64,000 nucleotides of DNA from positions 32,001 through 96,000 of the IMG/VR virus record IMGVR_UViG_3300027902_000006; one strand, written 5' to 3'. The notes below the pieces were generated by a model. The model was given only the letters and a program-made list of their open reading frames with translations, made no database searches and had not been told where the DNA came from. The stretch is from a virus. Numbering within the stretch: the first letter of the stretch is position 1; every line of letters begins with the position of its first letter. A program made the position numbers and the translations under genes. Shown here in pieces: positions 56,729 to 64,000 of this stretch.

Positions 56729-57802
56729 TTAAACCTCGAATCTACTTTTCCGTTTTGGAGTAACTGAGTCTTCAATTTCAACCCAGTCTTGTTCCACTAA
56801 TTTTTTCAACTCTAATAAATCAGCAGGGGAATCGTCGAGGAGTTTGACGAATTCTTCTCTTGATAATGTCCCCTCTTTCCATGTTATTGACTTTGCCTTG
56901 GGTCCGTAGATATAGTCAATCATACTATTAGCATCGTCTATTCCGAAGTCAAAGAGGATGTCAAATGTAGCCTCCCTAAATGGTTTAGCTACCTTATTCC
57001 TCTTAATTCGTGCCTTGATTGAGACTCCATAGATCCTTTCTTGCCCGCGAAACGTCTTTTTTAATCTACCAGTATGGGCTAACCAACAAACTTGGTGGGT
57101 ATAGAAATCTAATGCTTTTCCACCCGTTCTATAGTACTTCTCACCAAACGCAATGCCGATGTTCTCTCTAACTTGGGAAATACAAATTAAAGTAGCATCT
57201 TTACCTTCCATTGCACCACATAGATGCCCAAAGAAACTCGAACTGAAGAATTTAGCCTTCTCCGCTCCGTATGACCCGGCGGCTTTCTTGTCTTCCAAGA
57301 TGTCGGACATTCTGTCAGCGGCGGCTTGAGGAACAAGAGCGTCGAGAGAATCTACAACGTACAGAAGGAATTGTCCTTTTTTAAGAACTTTAAGACGTTT
57401 CTGGTAGTCCTTACCGAAGTCTTCAGCGATGGGAGTTTGAATCCACTGGACACTATCGTAGAAAGTCTGTCCATACATATGTTCGATTGGAAAGTCCATA
57501 ACACCTTCTATATTGTTAAAGACTATTTGTACGTCTTCGACTTTAGGATAGAGTACAGAAGGTTTATTTTTTATTTCGTAGAACGCGTTTGCACAAGCCT
57601 CAAGAGCTAGTAACGTTTTACCACTTCCACCATCTCCTACGATATTGACGACTCGTCCACGAGCCCATCCACCATCTATACCTCTTTGGGAGGTAGCGAG
57701 GTTGAGGAGAGTCGAGCCCGTATCCAGAAACTCGACCCTCCTGTCAAACTCGACTGGTTTAGTGGATAATTCTTCCGCTTGGGTAACAATAGACTTTTTC
57801 AT
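56729..57802 (-). CDS. recA: RecA-like recombinase
   Basis: 'TGS..LN', 'GDGGSGKT', 'VVDS', 'ISQVR..IG..FG....TGG.AL.FY', 'NKVA.PF'. Confidence 0.9.
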   Translation of the reverse strand: MKKSIVTQAEELSTKPVEFDRRVEFLDTGSTLLNLATSQRGIDGGWARGRVVNIVGDGGSGKTLLALEACANAFYEIKNKPSVLYPKVEDVQIVFNNIEGVMDFPIEHMYGQTFYDSVQWIQTPIAEDFGKDYQKRLKVLKKGQFLLYVVDSLDALVPQAAADRMSDILEDKKAAGSYGAEKAKFFSSSFFGHLCGAMEGKDATLICISQVRENIGIAFGEKYYRTGGKALDFYTHQVCWLAHTGRLKKTFRGQERIYGVSIKARIKRNKVAKPFREATFDILFDFGIDDANSMIDYIYGPKAKSITWKEGTLSREEFVKLLDDSPADLLELKKLVEQDWVEIEDSVTPKRKSRFEV

Positions 57803-57809
57803 TATTTAG

Positions 57810-58862
57810 TTACGGACGCCGCCGCCTCCGGGGAGAGTCCTCCTCCGGGTCTTTAGATACTTCTCGTAACTTCGGACGAGGACGCTCTTCTCCGAGTTCT
57901 TCGTTCTTTTCTTCTCCCTCGTCTTCATCTTTTCCACTCTTCATGGCCTTGTTCAAATCGTGACATTCTTGATACTTCTCACAGATGGATTCGCACTCTT
58001 CGAACTTCTCGAAATCCTTGCCCATTATACCATCGAAAGGACAACCATCTTCCGGTACCTTCTTCCTAGCAGCACCAGTAAAAGACTGTTCTTCTTTGGC
58101 GGGGGCTTCCTTAACTTCTAAACCAGCCCAGAACGCTTTTTCGACTTCTTGGTAAGTCGGAATGTCGAGGAGTTCATCGAGAACCGGTACTCTATCTAGG
58201 ATTTCATCGGGGATGTCATCATCGCGTTCATACAACTGCCAGCCTCTATACTGCTGACTCATTTTAGTACCTTCAATCGCGAAGGCAACGCTCCGACCTT
58301 CTTCTCTGTCAGGGGCTGCGAAGGGAATAACTCCACCAGTTTTTCTATTCTTGCAAGCAGACATCAAATTCATCTGTACAAACCAATGGGCGATAACCCA
58401 AAGCTGAACTCCCTTAGTCTCGTTATCTCTGTCCCAGATCGCATAAACCGTATAACGCTTGGGACGACAGGACTCAATTTCGGCTTTGAGTCTAGCCTTG
58501 TCCTCTTCACTATGAGGTTCATCTTGCTTCCTCAGTTTATTACGATGCTCACAGATAGAACAAGGTTGACCATAGGTCTTGGACAGACAAATAAAGTCGT
58601 CCTCATTCGGTCCGATATAACGATGGACAAACAAATCGACGAGATAGGTTGGACTACCCGGTTTATGGGGATCTTTAGCACCTGCCACGTACGGAAGAAA
58701 CTCAATGAGGTGTTCTCCAGTACTGGGTTCGAACATTGTCATTCCACTAGTTTTTGATCTGTCCAGAATCCCCCGACGGCGATCCTCTCTTGTGTCATAG
58801 GTCTCTTGAGTTCTCTGGCGTAATCCTTCACTTAACAATTTAAAACGACTTTTGTCCTTCAT
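57810..58862 (-). CDS. gp32-like single-stranded DNA-binding protein
   Basis: 'G...I.FLP', 'H..IG.....CL....G..C.ICE', charged tail; lies between recA and UvsY-like gene. Confidence 0.7.
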   Translation of the reverse strand: MKDKSRFKLLSEGLRQRTQETYDTREDRRRGILDRSKTSGMTMFEPSTGEHLIEFLPYVAGAKDPHKPGSPTYLVDLFVHRYIGPNEDDFICLSKTYGQPCSICEHRNKLRKQDEPHSEEDKARLKAEIESCRPKRYTVYAIWDRDNETKGVQLWVIAHWFVQMNLMSACKNRKTGGVIPFAAPDREEGRSVAFAIEGTKMSQQYRGWQLYERDDDIPDEILDRVPVLDELLDIPTYQEVEKAFWAGLEVKEAPAKEEQSFTGAARKKVPEDGCPFDGIMGKDFEKFEECESICEKYQECHDLNKAMKSGKDEDEGEEKNEELGEERPRPKLREVSKDPEEDSPRRRRRP

Positions 58863-58882
58863 ACTTTTAAAACTCCTTAGTT

Positions 58883-58924
58883 GAACCTACGGAGATATTC
58901 ATTTTCTATTATCTCCGTAGGTTC
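58883..58924. promoter_or_regulatory. Perfect 15-bp hairpin just upstream of the SSB RBS
   Basis: GAACCTACGGAGATA-N12-TATCTCCGTAGGTTC. Confidence 0.7.
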
Positions 58925-58933
58925 TGTTTATTT

Positions 58934-59434
58934 TTAACTTTTTGAGAATCGTTTCAGGTACTCACGCGCCCTCGGTTCGAGCTTCTCGATCACGGGACGA
59001 CACTCGAATTGACGAGATCGTTCAGCTTCTAGTTCCAACATCTGTTGAGTCTTAGTTAACGCTTCTGTTAATTTAGCATTTTCATCGACAGCCTCATCTA
59101 GCAGTTGAACGAGGGAATTGAACGCCAAATTCCAGTCGATATTTATCGGGTGGGGAGCCTCCCTCTTGGGATACTGACGTTTTGTAAAGCTGCTTTTCGT
59201 GACTTTGGCGTGGTTTTTCTCCCTGAATACCGTACGAGTAGTCCTAGAACCATCGGCTAAACGAATATTAGCAGTCGCATAGTCGTAATGCAAATTGAGC
59301 TTCCTGAAATTCCGTGATGCCACTATCTTGTCATCCCAGGCCAACTCGTCATAACCAGTAATCATATCACTTACGGGTGTCCATTCGTTGTTCTCTGCCA
59401 CAGAAATACGAGGTAGGTACTGTTTACGACTCAT
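58934..59434 (-). CDS. Hypothetical protein with coiled coil
   Basis: Coupled ORF. Confidence 0.5.
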   Translation of the reverse strand: MSRKQYLPRISVAENNEWTPVSDMITGYDELAWDDKIVASRNFRKLNLHYDYATANIRLADGSRTTRTVFREKNHAKVTKSSFTKRQYPKREAPHPINIDWNLAFNSLVQLLDEAVDENAKLTEALTKTQQMLELEAERSRQFECRPVIEKLEPRAREYLKRFSKS

Positions 59435-59913
59435 TATAACGTCTCCTTTTTTAATTGTGGTTTAGACATCACTCGTTCCAGTTCAGCGGCCACGCGTTCG
59501 GAAACCAGACTTTCTCCTACTTGGCGTCTAGGTTCTGCATAGTAGTTTGATAGATATAAATCAACCAGTTTCTCCAATCCTTTCCGTTTGTGGTCCATCG
59601 CCTTAACTACCGCTTTGTACATGTTACAATCATAACGTGCCGAGATACGCTCCTCCTCTACAGCTTGATAGTCTGGATGCCGAATAATCCAGTTCTTAAC
59701 ACCGGCTTCCGTCATCTTCTCTCCGCTAGCACGAGCTAGCTCATCCAATCTAGCTACAGTTGTATCTTTTTTGAGTTCAATGCGTTCGAGGACTTGTTCG
59801 GCGTCAACAGCGAGTTCGCTGTAGTGGAAAACTGAAGCTGGGTGATTAATCCATTCATCGTCAAGGGCATTTTTGTCAATGGAAAGATCTTTCTCGACTT
59901 GACTACGTTCCAT
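59434..59913 (-). CDS. UvsY-like recombination mediator
   Basis: 'DL.ID...LD.EW', 'K.TE..V', 'A..H....L..LV.L....Y'; synteny. Confidence 0.65.
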   Translation of the reverse strand: MERSQVEKDLSIDKNALDDEWINHPASVFHYSELAVDAEQVLERIELKKDTTVARLDELARASGEKMTEAGVKNWIIRHPDYQAVEEERISARYDCNMYKAVVKAMDHKRKGLEKLVDLYLSNYYAEPRRQVGESLVSERVAAELERVMSKPQLKKETL

Positions 59914-59940
59914 AAATTCTCCTTTATTTTATCCTAGGAT

Positions 59941-62607
59941 CTAGTAGTTTTCAAGTAAAATTTTATCTAAACTTATTTTTTCTTTCGCTGCCCAAGGTTG
60001 GTCGATACCACTGAGTTCGTATTCAACGTCAAGGGGTACGTTCAACCACGGATGGGGTTTCTTAATAGCCGCTGTAGTAATATAGTGTGTTAGTTTCGAT
60101 ACATGCTGTAACTCAGAAGGAGCCACGCTAAACAAAATACAGTCGTGAATCTGTGCGATTATCCTTGACTTCCAATCCTCCTTCCTAGCTATTTTCATCA
60201 ACTCGATAAAACTCCAAAGTAGTAGATGAAATGCCGTTCCTTGGATAGCTGTATTAAGAATCTGATTTCTATCTAAGAACCCTTGTCTACGAAAACCATG
60301 CTTGAGTAGTACTTTTCCAGTTTCGTAGTACTTATTAACCCACTTCTCTTTCCATTGTGTGTAGACGGAGAACTTCTTCCAAAAGTGGTCCTCCTCTGCT
60401 CTAACATGAAGACTAAAATCATCTAGAGTGGATATACCCTTAGATTTCAAATGTGTGTGAATCGGCATTCCATCCTCTAAAGTTAGATCATCACTCCACT
60501 TCCATAAATTCTCAGCACATGGAGCATACCAACTTCCATAAAACTGAGCAAAAACAAAACCACCCTTGACTAAATTTCTAATCGGTTTGTTGATACGATC
60601 TTTTTGAAGTAAGAATATCCTCTCTGTCTGATCTCTGTGCATATCCGATGTAGGATCTTCACAGTAGTGAATAAGTTCTGGATCTTGTGTAAAGCAGGCA
60701 GCTACTCTGACTTCGTGCATACCGAAATCGACTTCGAGAAGTTGCTGACCCGGATGTGGGAATATCCCATTTCTGACCAACAACATCATGCGTTCGTTTC
60801 GTACGGGAATGTTTTGAAAGTTCGGGTTCTGGCTCGAAGAGCGATAACTTCTCACACTATCTAGATGAAAGAACGGATGAATTGTATCGTCGTAGATTTC
60901 TTTCATCAATCCACGTACGTAAGTAGATTCAGTTTTAGTGGAAGTTCGTAGAATAGTAATGTTCTTAAGAAATGTTCTCAGGCTTTTCTGGGATACTGTT
61001 TTAGCTAACTCATCAATATCGGCTTTATCTAGCGATGGATTCTTTTTTGCTGTATACTTGAGTGGTTTAACTCCTAACGTATTAAAAAGCAGTTTCTTGA
61101 GTTGATCTGGAGAGGTTGGATTAAGTTTAACACCGGTCTCCTTCTCCCAAAGTTTGGCATAATGGGAGTTCATTATATTCTCTTTAGCGACTTTGCACTC
61201 GTCTTCCATGCCTTTCTGAACTTCTGTGAAGTACGCCATTGAAGTTCGTATTCCAGTTATCTCTGAATCGAGGAACGCTAAAGATCCTTCGTGAAACAGA
61301 TTGTAAGCCCCTGTCAACCCTTTAATCTGCTTAAGTTCTTCCATCTGGTCTAGTGCTAACCTATGGGCGAACATTGCGTCTAATCCGTTGCGTAATAGGA
61401 GTTTATCTATAGGACATGCTTCAATATTGTTGAGGTCGTTAGAAGTTTCAGACTTCATAAATGGAGAAGTCTCATCTTTGAAACCCGCTATTCCATATCT
61501 CACGAACGTCTGAAAAGCTAGGCTCTTGATTCCGTGTCTATCGTCCAATACATGTGTAGCTAACTGAGAACACCATTTCCATCCCTTTATGGAGGTCTCC
61601 AAGATTTGTCGGGCCCACAACTCTTCAAATTTGAAGTTATGAGCCGTCTTCTTAATATCTAAGTTCTTTAGAATCATACGTAATAGGGGAACTATCTCTG
61701 GAAACATCGGAAAAGAAACTCCCTGTTCTGGATTCCACGAGAGTCCGACTGCGACTATCTTATGGCCCGTCTTATAGGGCTTTAAACCAGTAGTCTCCCA
61801 ATCCAACGTCAGAAGAGGAGGTTTATCTCGCAGAATCGTCTCTAGGACTTGTATCGCTTCTTCTGGACTGAAGATACATCTGATCTTATCTTCTTCTCGA
61901 GTCAGTTCTGGAAATGGCTTTAGAGAGTTACCAATCGCTACTTCCATTTTTTGTCGATAGATTTTCAACAGTTTCTTATTCGAACCATATTGAAAAAAAG
62001 ATGGATGATACTGAGGGATAACCCAACACTTTAAATCTCGGTCGGGAATACACCAATCTGCCCATCTAGATATGGCAGGCTGTTCCCCCCCTATCTCTAT
62101 ATCTAGAAGGTATGACTGAAGTGGAACTCTTCCAGTAAGAATAATAGCTTTCGGTCTACGATCCTTAATAAGCTGCCAAGTCTCTCCATGACACAAAGCG
62201 ATCTCTCTATCGGTCGGAGTTCTATTACTTCCCGTCTCTGAGATTGGTCGACAGCGCACGACATTGCACTTATAAAAGTCAGCATCTAAGTCGTATCCCA
62301 ACGGAGTTATAATCTCATCTCGGAATAACTGACCGGCCTGACCGCAAAGTTGATACCCTAATTTATCTTCCGTTGACCCAGCCGCTTCCGCGAGGAAAAG
62401 TATTCCTGTTCGTCCCTCTCCTGTAACCCCCATCTTAGGGGAACGACAGGTTTTATACAAGCCACATTCTTCACATGGAGGCAACGTTTCCTTAACAACT
62501 TTAGCTCTACGCACCGTTGGAGTAGAGGAAGAAGACATCTTACTAACAGTTCGCTTGACTTTTAGTTTAGTCTCTTCCTCATAGTCAAAAAACTTTCTAA
62601 TAGTCAC
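59941..62607 (-). CDS. polA: Family A DNA polymerase with N-terminal UDG-like (family 4) domain and 3'-5' exonuclease
   Basis: 'CEECGL', 'V.CRP', 'YHPS'; 'DWETTG', 'HN.KFE'; 'R.SSQNPNFQNIP', 'DF..HEVR', 'QGTA', 'QIHD'. Confidence 0.95.
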   Translation of the reverse strand: MTIRKFFDYEEETKLKVKRTVSKMSSSSTPTVRRAKVVKETLPPCEECGLYKTCRSPKMGVTGEGRTGILFLAEAAGSTEDKLGYQLCGQAGQLFRDEIITPLGYDLDADFYKCNVVRCRPISETGSNRTPTDREIALCHGETWQLIKDRRPKAIILTGRVPLQSYLLDIEIGGEQPAISRWADWCIPDRDLKCWVIPQYHPSFFQYGSNKKLLKIYRQKMEVAIGNSLKPFPELTREEDKIRCIFSPEEAIQVLETILRDKPPLLTLDWETTGLKPYKTGHKIVAVGLSWNPEQGVSFPMFPEIVPLLRMILKNLDIKKTAHNFKFEELWARQILETSIKGWKWCSQLATHVLDDRHGIKSLAFQTFVRYGIAGFKDETSPFMKSETSNDLNNIEACPIDKLLLRNGLDAMFAHRLALDQMEELKQIKGLTGAYNLFHEGSLAFLDSEITGIRTSMAYFTEVQKGMEDECKVAKENIMNSHYAKLWEKETGVKLNPTSPDQLKKLLFNTLGVKPLKYTAKKNPSLDKADIDELAKTVSQKSLRTFLKNITILRTSTKTESTYVRGLMKEIYDDTIHPFFHLDSVRSYRSSSQNPNFQNIPVRNERMMLLVRNGIFPHPGQQLLEVDFGMHEVRVAACFTQDPELIHYCEDPTSDMHRDQTERIFLLQKDRINKPIRNLVKGGFVFAQFYGSWYAPCAENLWKWSDDLTLEDGMPIHTHLKSKGISTLDDFSLHVRAEEDHFWKKFSVYTQWKEKWVNKYYETGKVLLKHGFRRQGFLDRNQILNTAIQGTAFHLLLWSFIELMKIARKEDWKSRIIAQIHDCILFSVAPSELQHVSKLTHYITTAAIKKPHPWLNVPLDVEYELSGIDQPWAAKEKISLDKILLENY

Positions 62608-63143
62608 TGATTAGCCTCGAAAAATGCCTTTGCAAAACTTGGGGGCGTGATACTTCTCTCCTCTTTTTGCCATCCAAAGAGTCGAATATGAATCTTACTA
62701 CCCTCTGTCGGTTCGACAATGTTTTGCTTAGGAATATTAAAGTTTCCCCATAGACACGTTTTCTTTGTATATGGGTCTCCGTAGTGAAATGGATGGAAAT
62801 AGAGTGTGGGTTTTCCTAGATAATGGACCAACCGTCCTACGGGGTTCTCCAACGCCCAAAAAATGGGTTGGGAAATCATAATAACTCTTAGGCAGGCGTC
62901 TACTACTGAGAGACCCTCTAGAAGAGCTTGGGTTCCTTTTTCTTTCCACCAACGGGCTCCGCTTCCGGCAAGGTGACAGCAAGGAGGCGCAGCCAAAACT
63001 CCGTAAACTTCTTTTGGTGGAAAGAACAATCGAATATCGTTCTCGGGCAAAGTTATCAAACGTACGTCGTATCCTGCCTCTCTATAGGGAGTAGACCATG
63101 CACCAGTTCCTCCACAGAGATCTAAGATTATTTTAGACATCAA
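62604..63143 (-). CDS. Short C5-cytosine DNA methyltransferase
   Basis: 'LDLCGGTG', 'APPC', 'ENPVG', 'K.T.LWG', 'RS.TP..FA'. Confidence 0.85.
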   Translation of the reverse strand: MMSKIILDLCGGTGAWSTPYREAGYDVRLITLPENDIRLFFPPKEVYGVLAAPPCCHLAGSGARWWKEKGTQALLEGLSVVDACLRVIMISQPIFWALENPVGRLVHYLGKPTLYFHPFHYGDPYTKKTCLWGNFNIPKQNIVEPTEGSKIHIRLFGWQKEERSITPPSFAKAFFEANQ

Positions 63144-63999
63144 TCAAGACCATAACGTGTTTAAAGTTCGGACCTGTAAACACACATCTGTCCTTTCCGA
63201 CAACCACGTCATGAGTAAAGTTTAGAATCTGTTCTAAGTAAAACGGATTAATAAAGATTTTAAACTCCGGACCTGTGTAGTCCACATCTAGTTCTTCCTC
63301 TACCCAACCTAACTCCTTTTGCCCTCGACAAGTTATCTTGCCAGTAGAAAAGACTAACTCAACTTTAGTCTCAAACGAAACTTCAGTAACGGTCATTATA
63401 CGACAACGTGCTAGTGCTTCTGTCATATCTGGAAGAGTGATTGTCGGGCCATCTACCATCGTATAACTCGCTATCTTTTCTTCGTCAAAAAACTCTTCTT
63501 CCATCTTCCGCACACTAAAAACCAAGCCTCCTGCCTTAAAATGAACCCAATTCTCATCAACAAGAAGATGCGTAGGATCGTACTTTTTAAGTTTTGACAG
63601 ACAAAACCCAGGCAGGAGAAAATCAAATGGACTAGGCTCTTGCAATATAATGTGAGTTACTCTATAGCCGTCTGAGCTTATTACAGAACGATCCTTAACA
63701 TGAACGCATGTAAACTTAGGACGTGTCATATTTTTACTCACGGAGAATTCTGACATCTTAATGGCAGAGAACAGATCGGGTGAAAAAGATTGCCACTCAC
63801 CTGAGACGCTAACCGGAGGATATGAAACCTCCAATATGGAAATTCCTGCTCTTACTTTTCCACAAGTCAAGCGGAACTCAGTTCCCTCTGTAAAGATTGT
63901 CACATCTTCACTAGGTAGTTTGGCAAGAATCTTTGTGAGTTCCTCTGCTCGCACTCCTCCGTCAACTCCCGACTCAAACGGAATGGAAACAAAGATTCC
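63133..63999 (-). CDS. DNA polymerase III beta sliding clamp-like, 5'-truncated by window edge
   Basis: 'SDGYR', 'N..YL', three-domain size; frame open to window end. Confidence 0.75.
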   Translation of the reverse strand, partial: GIFVSIPFESGVDGGVRAEELTKILAKLPSEDVTIFTEGTEFRLTCGKVRAGISILEVSYPPVSVSGEWQSFSPDLFSAIKMSEFSVSKNMTRPKFTCVHVKDRSVISSDGYRVTHIILQEPSPFDFLLPGFCLSKLKKYDPTHLLVDENWVHFKAGGLVFSVRKMEEEFFDEEKIASYTMVDGPTITLPDMTEALARCRIMTVTEVSFETKVELVFSTGKITCRGQKELGWVEEELDVDYTGPEFKIFINPFYLEQILNFTHDVVVGKDRCVFTGPNFKHVMVLIDV

Positions 64000-64000
64000 A

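Noticed and set aside
1-64000. Genome-wide TAG reassignment suggested by the CTA tRNA
   Set aside because: Large genes (TMP, TipJ, PolA, NrdJ) are intact in code 11, and TAG ends genes at natural boundaries; PolA read-through hits TAA within four codons.

Overview
64 kb from a large tailed dsDNA phage (siphovirus-like). A + strand virion/lysis arm (1-22443) converges on a - strand metabolism, translation and replication arm (22440-64000). The + arm carries a Ser-Pro-Ser repeat protein, neck, tail tube, frameshifted tail chaperone, tape measure, lambda-like tail tip, fibres and holin-like genes. The - arm carries a nucleotide-sugar/glycosylation kit (split transketolase, HddA/HddC-like, RmlC-like, epimerase, three glycosyltransferases, B12 radical SAM), ThyX, split Rad50 with Mre11, endolysin, a tRNA cluster with Pth2-like and GGQ release-factor-like genes, a Mom-family GNAT, class II RNR, RecA, SSB, UDG-fused PolA, C5 methylase and beta clamp. 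An OMP beta-barrel and two B12 enzymes suggest a Gram-negative, B12-using host (inference). The most unusual signal is tRNA-shaped sequence in unexpected places. (1) A 76-nt tRNA-Gly mimic is read in frame at the 5' end of the Mom-like gene, with two more tRNA-Gly genes nearby, one atypical. (2) A complete tRNA-Thr(TGT) sits in frame inside the RNR gene. (3) There is an amber-suppressor tRNA(CTA) although the genome is not recoded. (4) There is a 143-nt tRNA-like RNA of unknown class. All calls come from reading motifs by eye; no searches were run.
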